A stretch of 64,000 nucleotides of DNA from a virus, in IMG/VR virus record IMGVR_UViG_3300028800_000062, positions 32,001 through 96,000 of that record; one strand, 5' to 3'. This document shows, piece after piece, positions 28,301 through 37,700 of the stretch; position 1 is the stretch's first letter; each line of letters begins with the position of its first letter. A program made the translations under genes and the position numbers. The notes below the pieces were generated by a model, which had not been told where the DNA came from, searched no databases, and saw only the letters and a list, made by a program, of their open reading frames with translations.

Positions 28301-30336
28301 GAAACAACACCGGCTTTGGCCAGACGGTCTACTTCGAAGGCAGTCGGCAGTTGACCAGCTGGTCACGCAAGTACTATGACGAGCAGGTAGGCGCCGGCAT
28401 GGGCCCGGACGTAGGCCTGGACAGCACTGCAGAATACTCGGAGCCCTTCCGCAGGTTTATCCAACGGGACCTGAAAACCCTGCAGGCAAACGAGATTCGC
28501 AACCAGATGCCGCACTGGCTGCCGGGCGACGATTACATGACGGACTTCCGCACCGGGGATCCGTATACGAAGGTGGATAGCGGCGCTTCCCGCCTGCCAG
28601 GCCCAGGTTACGAGGCTCTGCATCCGGAACTGAAGGGTGTTCCCTTCGAACAGTATCCGGATCTCGAACGCTACAAGATTCTCTCCGATGTAGCACCCTG
28701 GAGCAAGGAGTGGTTCATCTACAACACCAAGTTGAATGCAGCCACCATGCAGGATCCGGAGAGGCGCATCGCCTATGAACAGGTCCGCGACCGCGCCCAG
28801 GCAATCAAGGATTCATCCGAAGAGTTCCAGCATCGGCGCTTCTCAGCTCCCGTCGAACGCCTGACAGGGGTGGTCAAGCGCGCCACGCCGGCGGGTATCG
28901 AGATGGAGGACGGCCGCCACGTCCAACTAAGCGCCTTGGGCATGCGCATGTCAGACCTCTCTTCCCTGGCCCTTGGCGAGAAGAATAACCTGACCCGGCA
29001 GCAGGCGGCCGCGGAAGCCGAGCAGAGACAACAGCGTCTCCTCGAACGACTGTCTGCACTGAATGGACAGAGCATTGAGATGGTGGTTCCTCAAGGCACC
29101 GGGGAACACACCCTGCGCAGCCGCGCGGTGGTCCTGGTAGACGGGCATAACCTGAACCGGGAACTGATCAAAGCCGGACTGGCTCGCGAGGATCCCAACC
29201 TGGCCGGCGCGGAATATCAGGAGATGAGCGGCCCGCTGGGAAAAACCCTGGGGCGACTGGGAGAGGCGGCCTCTTTTATGGGAGACCAGGCGGCCATCAA
29301 CCCGATGCGCTGGACCTGGGGTCATGAGCAGAACAAGTTCTGGGGTAGTCGCGAACCCCTTGAAAAGTATACTTACAACGAACTGTACGGCGCCCGCATG
29401 CAGCATTGGGAGACGCCTTTGAAGAGTTTCGCCAAGCCCTGGCTGAGGTCCCTGTCGCACAAGTTGACCAATAAGGTCGTGGCTCCCCAGCAAGTGCAGG
29501 AACGACGGGACTTTGATATGCTTACCGACGTCCTAGAATACCTGCGCGCCACTACCCGCGGATATACTAACAAGAAGAGCAGGACAGCTATCGGAGCTGA
29601 TGTACTGGCGGACCCCGCCTATCTCCGATCCACACTTTCCGGGCGGGATAAGTACTACTTTCCAGAGTTCCTGCGGGAGACCCGGGACGAGGAACGCAGT
29701 AAGATCCTCGAGGCCGTGCCGGAAGATTTCGCACGCATCCTGCAAGGACAGTGGGTCAAGCAGGATATCGAAGTAGCCCGCGCCGCACATCAGCCGGTGC
29801 CTGAGAAAGTGACCGAAGGCGGTCGCCTACTAACCATGGATGATCTGCAGGCCTATCAAAAGGCCGAGAAGAGTCACGAAACCAAGTTGGACTACGGAAA
29901 CTGGCTGCGTTCGCGCGAAATCGCCGGCTTCTTCTCCCGGAAGAACGTCCGGTTGCCGGAGGATCCGGATTCCCCCGTGTACGCCGAGAACATTGATTAC
30001 GAGGATGTCAAAGCCAAGATCATTCAGGAAGAAGGCCTAGACTACCACGATTTCAATATCTTCGACGACCGCGCGGCGACACTGTGGCGCAAACCTTACC
30101 TGGACGGCGCCGTACGGGAACTGACTGAGGGGAACAACAAATCCGTGGAAGACCTACGCCAGGCTGTGGAGAATATGATGCTGGCCGGCGGATCTAAGGA
30201 GTCGGAAGTGCGGATCACGTCCCTCAGTTCCCGCAAGCAGCGCCAGAACCTGAAAATACGAGTGGAAGAACAACCGGATGAAGACATCCTGCGGGATGTG
30301 CGTCGGAATCCGGAGGCTTACCTGAATCAGAACTAG
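25375..30336 (+). CDS. Giant tape-measure-position/ejected protein with N-terminal DEDDh 3'-5' exonuclease, membrane helices and degenerate SNase-like domain
   Basis: FFDVETGGL, GGWNVGYD, FHGAFFDT (ExoI/II/III); several hydrophobic Gly/Ala helices; VLVDGHNLNRELIKAGLA resembles the thermonuclease C-terminus. Confidence 0.7.
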   Translation: MHQFPSPDKIHFFDVETGGLPEHRAFNFSLPEFQKWSALKGDAYYKHPYATFHANSPLLQLYATGLPHFDPAKEDRLQHLTQGTAPHSSLIRLPDKPWTVENGDKVPLLISDWARDNGLVKASQSAQRSEEETLRLFFEDLEAKLALGEPVNLGGWNVGYDLSAIERATRRYASLEPYQGWLGRQISAGQVRVVEGFDVFGDTILKYAEHNAEFAKSNLRMFPSGKVASNLEELRKVPGWKLGNIIDAIGGSEAFHISAEAAKFHGAFFDTQITASAYTRLWEAQASVREIQPGEDFAAAFRQAFTEAGLHPASVSSEDWMSRIFQRSGWQREFQRASKEGARDAGLAFEAVRSPSKVLIGAAVLGGMAIATNLAFGKRKDRQTQITGLDDLGLAAEQRHALTPFGSGWQGLDDPSPVNLSTLAIAGGTYGAFRYYTRNYPRSAVKVFSAAERRFPRQTLNYFGFSQFASSFLPTKLDVEAAQLVNNGSLTALGEHFQRLLGADLNLAQLATEGLHFERTGKSAYMHLAGTDRSVRFLGYDPATQKSGSRWAGASARWKAPINEPDRYLPNVVAGDTWAARWKSSWKQHVLSQTPINPKYGVEAEGLRFQPVFAEQEGHLLANLHQKVGITALELAEQPQKLFARIGLGLKNNSWNSAGGLVGKLLLKRALPIAAGLGALDYADYLTGHRLSAGVLGIGPKANVARAELTDRVPGARRTTDWYQRHIPGSQWGPLALPLTGMVTGELVEMGYEALTGIKLAGKASKFGRKAGLLAMLPFIPGMLGSRKSARELRDIYSGEQPVPVRSGRWWWLNQTPWGGGRITGYRPHWYARMKSRPERVALYGSEKEYWRHHPVLHPLNWLKNPYQLEEATYQDRPYPITSPAFSNIPLIGPVLAATLGRLVKPPKRMHESEWNGDDYTLFSPRVEPRGPAGLAPAHPREEFGLSDVVNRQTEQAAEFTGLSGFLAKTVLNKARNNTGFGQTVYFEGSRQLTSWSRKYYDEQVGAGMGPDVGLDSTAEYSEPFRRFIQRDLKTLQANEIRNQMPHWLPGDDYMTDFRTGDPYTKVDSGASRLPGPGYEALHPELKGVPFEQYPDLERYKILSDVAPWSKEWFIYNTKLNAATMQDPERRIAYEQVRDRAQAIKDSSEEFQHRRFSAPVERLTGVVKRATPAGIEMEDGRHVQLSALGMRMSDLSSLALGEKNNLTRQQAAAEAEQRQQRLLERLSALNGQSIEMVVPQGTGEHTLRSRAVVLVDGHNLNRELIKAGLAREDPNLAGAEYQEMSGPLGKTLGRLGEAASFMGDQAAINPMRWTWGHEQNKFWGSREPLEKYTYNELYGARMQHWETPLKSFAKPWLRSLSHKLTNKVVAPQQVQERRDFDMLTDVLEYLRATTRGYTNKKSRTAIGADVLADPAYLRSTLSGRDKYYFPEFLRETRDEERSKILEAVPEDFARILQGQWVKQDIEVARAAHQPVPEKVTEGGRLLTMDDLQAYQKAEKSHETKLDYGNWLRSREIAGFFSRKNVRLPEDPDSPVYAENIDYEDVKAKIIQEEGLDYHDFNIFDDRAATLWRKPYLDGAVRELTEGNNKSVEDLRQAVENMMLAGGSKESEVRITSLSSRKQRQNLKIRVEEQPDEDILRDVRRNPEAYLNQN

Positions 30337-30353
30337 TCTTGGAGATTATTCCT

Positions 30354-33299
30354 ATGTATAAGACGTTTCTTTTGATGATCTTCACCACTATTTCGGTCTT
30401 TGCCCAGTGCCCGGCAGGCACGGTGAATGTAAAACTGCTGCCAGGCTTCTGGGCTTGCGTGCCTTCCGGATCTGTAGGGTCAAAGTCGACACCTCCTCCA
30501 GTAATACCTCCCGCGTCCATGACTTCCGCGGCTGATGCCGCCTACTTGTCCAAAGGCAACAACGCTGTCGTACGAACGGTGCAGTCTAAACTGTCGGATA
30601 TCTATAATCTTGCGGATTACGGTGGGGTCTGTGACGGAACGACGGACAACACTGCGGCTTTCTCCAATGCGATCGCGGCCGTGGTGGCAACCGGCGGTGG
30701 TCAACTGCAGCTTCCGTCCGGAACTTGTATGAGCGGAACGATCAACCTGCCGGAAGGTGTGGCATTTGCAATGGTAGGCCAGGGCGTGGACGCAACGACG
30801 ATCAAGTTGAAGAACGGCGTGAACGCAGACCTGATTACGCAGGCGGACTTCGGTGCTTTGACAGGGTCGGACACCGCGGTTGGATTATTCCGCGTGAAGT
30901 TGTCGGCAATGACGCTGGACGGTAACAAAACACACCAAGCCGGCACGTCCTGGGTACTGCGGACCTACGGGCACGGCAACTATTGGTCGGACCTGGTGAT
31001 CCAGAACGGATTGACCGGAGGTAGATATAGCGAGTGGGCTTTGGACGCGTCGTTCTCAGCGCCGGCTAACGATCTGGAAGACTCATACACCAACGTGAAG
31101 ACGATCTTCAATGGAGTCACGCAGGCACTCTCGACCGTAACACTCACGTTTAACGCCACTTATGGGAGTGGTTACACGCACTTCATCACGATCGGTGCGA
31201 ACACGTACTCATACATTCAGCAATTGAACGACACCTCGGCGACAATCGCCCAGGCGTTATTGAGCTTGATCACTGATCGGAACGCAACGGCTACGGCGAG
31301 TGGACAGACTGCGATTGTGCTGACGGCCGCGGCAAACAGTGGCGCAACGGTGAGCGTATCGGCTTCAGACGGTAATGCAGGTGGTAGTCTGATCGAGAGT
31401 CAGTCCGGGGACGGGTTTCTGTTTCGCGGACCGCATGACTCGGTGTTTCAGGACTTCATCAGTTACGGCAACACAGGATGGGGCCTGCACAACCAGACCA
31501 GCTCGACTTATAACGGCGGAGGTCTGCACTTCTCCCATCTCAATGTTTACATGAATACGCTGGGCGGCGCTTACAACGAAGACGGAATGGTGTGCAATGA
31601 TTGTGCGCTGACCACGGCGACAGGACTGGGGCACTTGATCGCGCAGTATTCCGGATCTACTACGATCACGGCGGGAACCTGGGCCGGGCCTGTCGGGTTT
31701 GAGTGCCGGAACGCGTCGGACAGTTTGCAGGGGATTGTGGTGAACACTACAGTGGATGGAATGTTCCTCAACGGCTGCGAATACTCGCGTATCGACGTGA
31801 CTACTTTTCAGACCAATAGCCCAATGTTCCGAGTGAAGTCGTCGGCAACTAATAACACCATCATAGTGAACGGAGAGAGCACCGCAAGCACTGTGTTGTT
31901 CGATCCGTCAGGGTTAAGTGCCTTTCCCGCTACCAACTGCGTGCAGGTCAACGTCCATGGTCCGGCCGGATCCATGGCGCACAAGTATTATCAGCCCTGC
32001 ATAGACTCAGCTCTCCAAATCGATAATACTAATCAGTTTGTAGGTGTCAATGTAACTCCCATTTATGCACTGGATGTCCAGCCGCCGCAGCCCTCGAGCA
32101 TCACGTACGGCTTTTCAACAACCTGCACCGGATGTGCGACCGGTTACACGCACTTCATTACCGTAGGTAGCAGCACTTACACCCATATACAAGCGGGTGG
32201 GGACACTTCGGCGGGAATTGCCGCGGCGCTGTGCGCCTCGATCACGACGGCGCCGGACACGAACGCCACCTGCACGGTCAATAACAACTTTGTGATTCTG
32301 ACGGCGGCGAACAATAATCGCACGTATGTGGCGCTGAATGCATCCGACCAGGATGGGGTGGCAAACCTGTTCGAGAACCTAAGTGGCTATTCAACACCGG
32401 TTCGTGTTTCCAACCCGGCCCAGAATGCGGCATTGCTACTGGAACAACAGGGATCCACAAACTATCTGATTTCCGCGCAGGCAAACCTGACTAGTCCGGC
32501 ACAACTGCAATTGCAAGGTCCATCGAGTTCCGCGTTGCAGACCTTTAACATCCTGGGCAAGAACATTGGGTTCTACAATCAGGATGCCTCTAACGCCTGG
32601 TTGTCGGTGATGATCCAGGGTGGTTTGAACCAGGGAACCAACCCGTATTTGACGGTGCAAAGCAAGGCAGGCGCGGTGCAGTTCCAGATTACGTCGACAG
32701 GAGCGCTGCTCGCTAACACAAACGTCACCAGCCCCCAGTTCTGTATTCAGTCTAGTTGTATTAGCGCGTGGACCGCCGCGCAGATCACTAATGCCTTGGA
32801 TTCTACCCAGACTTATGCTAACCCTGCCTGGTTAACAGGTGTGACCTTCGGCGGCACGGTCCTGGGTTCCACCGGCGGCACGATTTATAACAGCGCCGGC
32901 ACGGGGGATTCCTTACTGGTATTGAGAAGCAGTTCCAGTCAGGCCGCGGACGGAAAGGGAATTCTGCAGATCCAGAATAGCGCGGGAAGTAAGATCGCAC
33001 AGATCAATTATGACGGAGGGTACTGGGAAGGTGACGGGACTAATTACAAATTCGCTTTCCAGACTTCTACTCTTGGACTGTCGAGCGATGCGGTATTTGC
33101 ATTCAAGAACGCGAACAATGCCTTTTCCGGAGCCTATGATTTAGGCTTCGTCCGAGGCACCGTAGGTGTGCTCAAGATCACGAACGGATCCAGCGGATAC
33201 GGGGCGGTCGATGCTTCAGGGTATAGTGCCTCTGGAGTGGCCGGAGTAACGTCCACAACCTGCACGCAGTGGACAAACGGTCTGTGCACTCACAATTAA
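30354..33299 (+). CDS. Tailspike-like pectate-lyase-fold (beta-helix) protein with signal peptide
   Basis: MYKTFLLMIFTTISVFA-Q; RTVQSKLSDIYNLADYGGVCDGTTDNTAAFSNAI...GGGQLQLPSGT is the typical beta-helix entry motif; two inserted GYTHFITxG repeats. Confidence 0.75.
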   Translation: MYKTFLLMIFTTISVFAQCPAGTVNVKLLPGFWACVPSGSVGSKSTPPPVIPPASMTSAADAAYLSKGNNAVVRTVQSKLSDIYNLADYGGVCDGTTDNTAAFSNAIAAVVATGGGQLQLPSGTCMSGTINLPEGVAFAMVGQGVDATTIKLKNGVNADLITQADFGALTGSDTAVGLFRVKLSAMTLDGNKTHQAGTSWVLRTYGHGNYWSDLVIQNGLTGGRYSEWALDASFSAPANDLEDSYTNVKTIFNGVTQALSTVTLTFNATYGSGYTHFITIGANTYSYIQQLNDTSATIAQALLSLITDRNATATASGQTAIVLTAAANSGATVSVSASDGNAGGSLIESQSGDGFLFRGPHDSVFQDFISYGNTGWGLHNQTSSTYNGGGLHFSHLNVYMNTLGGAYNEDGMVCNDCALTTATGLGHLIAQYSGSTTITAGTWAGPVGFECRNASDSLQGIVVNTTVDGMFLNGCEYSRIDVTTFQTNSPMFRVKSSATNNTIIVNGESTASTVLFDPSGLSAFPATNCVQVNVHGPAGSMAHKYYQPCIDSALQIDNTNQFVGVNVTPIYALDVQPPQPSSITYGFSTTCTGCATGYTHFITVGSSTYTHIQAGGDTSAGIAAALCASITTAPDTNATCTVNNNFVILTAANNNRTYVALNASDQDGVANLFENLSGYSTPVRVSNPAQNAALLLEQQGSTNYLISAQANLTSPAQLQLQGPSSSALQTFNILGKNIGFYNQDASNAWLSVMIQGGLNQGTNPYLTVQSKAGAVQFQITSTGALLANTNVTSPQFCIQSSCISAWTAAQITNALDSTQTYANPAWLTGVTFGGTVLGSTGGTIYNSAGTGDSLLVLRSSSSQAADGKGILQIQNSAGSKIAQINYDGGYWEGDGTNYKFAFQTSTLGLSSDAVFAFKNANNAFSGAYDLGFVRGTVGVLKITNGSSGYGAVDASGYSASGVAGVTSTTCTQWTNGLCTHN

Positions 33300-33312
33300 G
33301 GAGTAGTCTTCA

Positions 33313-34722
33313 ATGAAGAACCTAGCCATACTGACCATGATCTTTGCAGGCGTCGCCTCCGCGCAATCTGCAGGCACCGCCTCCACGCAATGTCCTGCAG
33401 GCTCCAAACTGGTTGAGGTCCTGCGAGGCAGTTGGCAATGTACACCTCAGGCAAGCAGCGGAAAGAGCGCCAGCGCGCTTCCGGCAGCCCTTCCAACTTC
33501 TGTCATATTGGCTTCACGTACCAGCGCCACGGGATATGAACTCGCGGCCTGGGGAGATTCGTTGATTGCGGGCGGAGCTAATCAGACTGGATTGCAAGGA
33601 CCGCTGGCTACGCTACTGGGCCGGCCCGTCTATAACGGAGGCGTAGGGGGACAGACTTGTGCGCAGATCTCAGCCCGTATGCTGGCGGCAACAGACAAGA
33701 AGGGTCGCTTTGTTATTATATGGGCGGGCGTTAATGACTCCGGCAACAATTTCGCCACGGTGCCTGCTTGTATTGCCGGCATGGTTGCTTCCCTGGAGCA
33801 GCCTACCCGGTTCCTGGTAATCTCCCTGCTGCCGAACTCCGCCTGGGTCGGTACTTCCGCATTCACAGCCATGCAGGCCACAAATGCGGCTTTGAAGGCA
33901 GCCTATCCAAACAACTATTACGACGCGCTCGGGTACTTGCTCACGCAAGGCACCGGGACCGGACAGGACCAAATCGATGCGGCGGGTGGAATGACTCCGA
34001 CTTCGCTTCGCGCCGATGCCATCCATCCAACTACCGCGACCAATGTTCTATTGGCAAACCAGGTCGCCGCTTGGATTATAGCGCAGGATACACTGCAACT
34101 AGGCGCCGTACCGGTGTCCTCGATCAGCGACATCTTTGCCTCTCCGCCGGCACTGGGCGGAAATGTTCCACAGTCCGCCACACATACTCGCATGAACGTA
34201 CTCTCAGGTGGAACCTGGGACTACGGCACAGACCCCGCTACCGGCGGTACCGGGACCGGAATCGCGATCGGAACCAACATCGTCCCGGCGTATCACACAC
34301 TCACACTGGCGAGCAATTTGCTGGCTATGGGTGCCGGCGGCTTTACTCCGACAGACCCTATCGATATCCGGTCTTTCGGCGTGATCTCGATCGGTCAATC
34401 GAGCGGGTATGCCAACGTACTCAGCGCAGGACCCGGCAACACCATCCTAAAAGGCGCGGCCATCTACTTACAGGCTCCGGCCGGGACCAATATGCTTGGC
34501 ATCGGAACCGTCCGAGTATGCGTTGGACAGTCCTCGTGCTCAGTATCAGGCACAGGTCAGTTTGCCAACAAGGGAAACACGATTCGCTTTGCTGATGCGG
34601 CGCGCACGCCGGCCAGCAGTTCGGAAGCCTGCAATGCCGGCGAAGCATTCTTCGACGCCACATATTTGTACGTGTGCACGGCTACGAACACGATCAAACG
34701 CCTGACATTGACTGCTTTCTAA
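33313..34722 (+). CDS. SGNH/GDSL esterase with signal peptide and fibre-type C-terminal module
   Basis: Blocks WGDSL, NGGVGG, WAGVND, DAIHP; C-terminus PASSSEACNAGEAFFDATYLYVCTATNTIKR. Confidence 0.8.
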   Translation: MKNLAILTMIFAGVASAQSAGTASTQCPAGSKLVEVLRGSWQCTPQASSGKSASALPAALPTSVILASRTSATGYELAAWGDSLIAGGANQTGLQGPLATLLGRPVYNGGVGGQTCAQISARMLAATDKKGRFVIIWAGVNDSGNNFATVPACIAGMVASLEQPTRFLVISLLPNSAWVGTSAFTAMQATNAALKAAYPNNYYDALGYLLTQGTGTGQDQIDAAGGMTPTSLRADAIHPTTATNVLLANQVAAWIIAQDTLQLGAVPVSSISDIFASPPALGGNVPQSATHTRMNVLSGGTWDYGTDPATGGTGTGIAIGTNIVPAYHTLTLASNLLAMGAGGFTPTDPIDIRSFGVISIGQSSGYANVLSAGPGNTILKGAAIYLQAPAGTNMLGIGTVRVCVGQSSCSVSGTGQFANKGNTIRFADAARTPASSSEACNAGEAFFDATYLYVCTATNTIKRLTLTAF

Positions 34723-34728
34723 AGTGTA

Positions 34729-37700
34729 ATGAATCCTCTATCTCAAGCCTTTCGAGCACTCGGACCGCGGGCAGCGACTGCGGCGGGTGCTCTAGCTGTG
34801 GCAGCTCCCTGGTTCCTCAAGAATGACGACCGGGGCTACCTGCAGACGGCGGCCTTCACCACTCCCCTGATCGCCGCCGGTTTCACGGCTCTTCCCGGGG
34901 CCATGTCCGGTGTCTGGAATATGTCTACAGAGATCGGACAACTCTGGAGCAACCGCGCCTTCCTGGGACAGGATTATCCGCAACTTCTGAAGGGCTATCG
35001 CCGGCAGGGAACTAGTGTGCGGCGGTCCATGCATAAATATGTGCAGGCTCAGGGACAAGACTGGTACGCATCCATCCGACCTACCCAGGAAGACTGGTCC
35101 GGCCAGGCATTCGATCTTCTCGGCAAATACCGCAACCAGGCGAAAGAACTGCGGCAGTCAGTGCACGGCCGCGGCGCCGGCGTCAGCGCGCGGGAGTTTC
35201 GGCCGCAGATCGAGCAGGATCTCAAGCATCGCATTCTATTGTCGCGGACTGTAGAAGAGGCCCGCATGGCGGGACTGACTCCGGAGAAGGCCGCGGAAAG
35301 AAGCCACCTGTTACAACCCAAACTGCGGTCCTGGGACCAGATTGAGCAAGTAGTCAAGGAGCACAGTGGGAACCAGGACTTCCTGCGGACTTTCGCCCGG
35401 CGCGCGCAGCGACTCGACGACTTGAACCTGGGCAAGCGGGTCTCCGGGGCGCAACTGCTAAAAACCAGTACCTACGAACGCCAGAACCTAGGTTTTGCAA
35501 TCATGCAGGCGCGCCAGGCCGAGAACGGCCATTTGCTGAAACGTCTGCAACTGGCGGAAGAAGCCATTCACAACAAGTGGATCCAGAAGGCGGATGTCAT
35601 TTATCAGGGCGAACAAGCGATAGGCCTGGAGCTGTTCAACCACCGGGGAAGATCTTTCAATTTGCCTCTGATTGGGAGTCAGGACAAGGTCGTCTCGATG
35701 GGGCCGGGGTGGAATCACCGAGGAACGTTTGCGCAGCTGTGGGATGAGAAGGGTATCCGTCTACCCGATATATCCGTGCTTGAAAACCTCAGCGATTGGA
35801 AGGACGCCAAACAGGCGGCCGTTTCCAGTTTCCAGTGGGGAGGTATCACCGATCGCACCGATACTGTCGATGCCGCCCTGCACGAGGACTTGAAAGGTAG
35901 CGTATCTCCTAAGTGGGCCCTGGCAGAGCGCAGCCTACGCGCCAATCCGGATCCGTTCGGAACGCACGCCGGTGGCAAGCGCTGGAAAGACCTGACAGAC
36001 GCCGAGAAGCACGCGGCGGAGATGTCCGCCATGGAGAAATACGATCTGACCAAGGTGGGCGGCGAGGGCGGCATCGCTTTCGGCAAGCTTGAGTCCCGCC
36101 TGGCGGAAGGCAATTCCATCGGTTTAGTGCCCTCGCCCACTCATCAGGATCCCGGTTACCGGTCATTCTCCAAGGACTTTTATATCGACCCGGAGAGTAT
36201 CAAAGACCTGGATAAGCCGCACCTCAGCTCGACGTTCTTCAAAGAGCAGCTGGGTGTCGAAGCTGGTGAAATGCCGGAGTTTTCCGCCCGATTCGGCGAG
36301 ATCACGCCGCAGGTCAAGTCCATGTACGGGGACATTCCGGCGGAGGCCGAGCGTGCGGCGCAGGAGGCCGTCAAAGAAGACCGCAGGTTCCTGTTGCAGG
36401 CCAAACGCGCGCATATCGATCACTTGCAAGACCTGGTGGAGAAGGGCAAGGGCGTAATCCGGCATCCCCAGGCGAGCAAAGATGTGATCGGAGATATCCA
36501 GCGGGACATCGAGCATTACAATCATCAGATCCGTTCTCTGAAGTCCAAGAAGTTGTCCCAACTGGAGATGCGCCAGCAGTTCGGAGCCACTCGGGAGTAC
36601 CTGGAGTTCCAGGGTGAACTGCAGAATAAGTTGCGTACAGCATTGGGTCCAGAGTATGAGACTCATCTGACAGGCTCCCTGCTCAAGCACATTCAGCGAG
36701 GAGCGGAAGCCACGGAAGCTGAGCGGGTTCTCGCAGGCCAGGTATCCCAACGCGTCCTGCGTGAATTGGTTGCAGATCCGCTGAATATCATTGCCGCCCG
36801 CGGTTACCAGACGCTAGGTGAAACGATCTTCAATACCGGCGATCGGCTGAGCGGCGTGAAGGGCATGCTAGACCGTAAGTTGAGTCTGTCAGAACTGTGG
36901 CAGGAGAAGGGCGCCGCCTTGCAACAGGGGGATGTCATTGGATTTGATGAGCATGGCAAACCCATCGCGGCGCGTACCGAGAGTGTGGTGCAGGACGTGG
37001 TTGGCAACGATGTTATCCTGCGCGAGCGCTTCGGCATTGCAGGCGCTAAGGGTGAAGGTCCTGGGGCTAAGGGTCTGTTCCACTCCGCCATTTATAACAA
37101 AGAGGACCTGCTCCCCAGACAGGTCCGGTTGAACAACCTGGTAACCGAGTTAACAGGTGTAGGTGGAGTTATTCCGGAACAGGTAGAAGGCCTGGCACTG
37201 GCTGAGTACTCCGCGTTCAAGACCAAGAATCCGATGGCCGATCTGCTCGAAGTCTCCGTGGATATTGCGGAACAACTGGTCAAAGGAAAGCATCTCAAAT
37301 CCGAACAGTTCCTGCAGGATTTGCAGAACAATCACTTCATCTATCGTAACGGCCGGTACGAGGAACAGTTTGCGGACGTATACCAGATGAGCCGGCAGGA
37401 TGCGGCACAGCGTTATTACGACCTGAGCAAGAAGGCGGAACATTATCTTGACGACGTGGGCAATGAGTCCGGTCACTTCGTGCTGGACGCCTTCCAACGC
37501 ACCACGGCTGCACAGCAACGGGCCGGACGCCAGACCGATTCACTTTCTCAATGGGTCTTTAAGAACTACCGGCAAGGCGCGGTTCGACTGTGGGATCACA
37601 CCCGCTTGAACCGCCCGGCACAAACCGGAGTCACCTATGACATGCTCTACGAAATGCAGCGCGCCGGGCATACCGAGGGAATGCGTGACATCTTCGAGAA

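Noticed and set aside
28860-29190. Active thermonuclease
   Set aside because: Only the C-terminal NxxLxxxGLA signature is clear; the catalytic DGDT motif is not evident, so activity is not claimed.
29562-29573. Additional atatactaacaa match to the promoter-like motif
   Set aside because: It is inside a CDS with no nearby gene start; may be chance.
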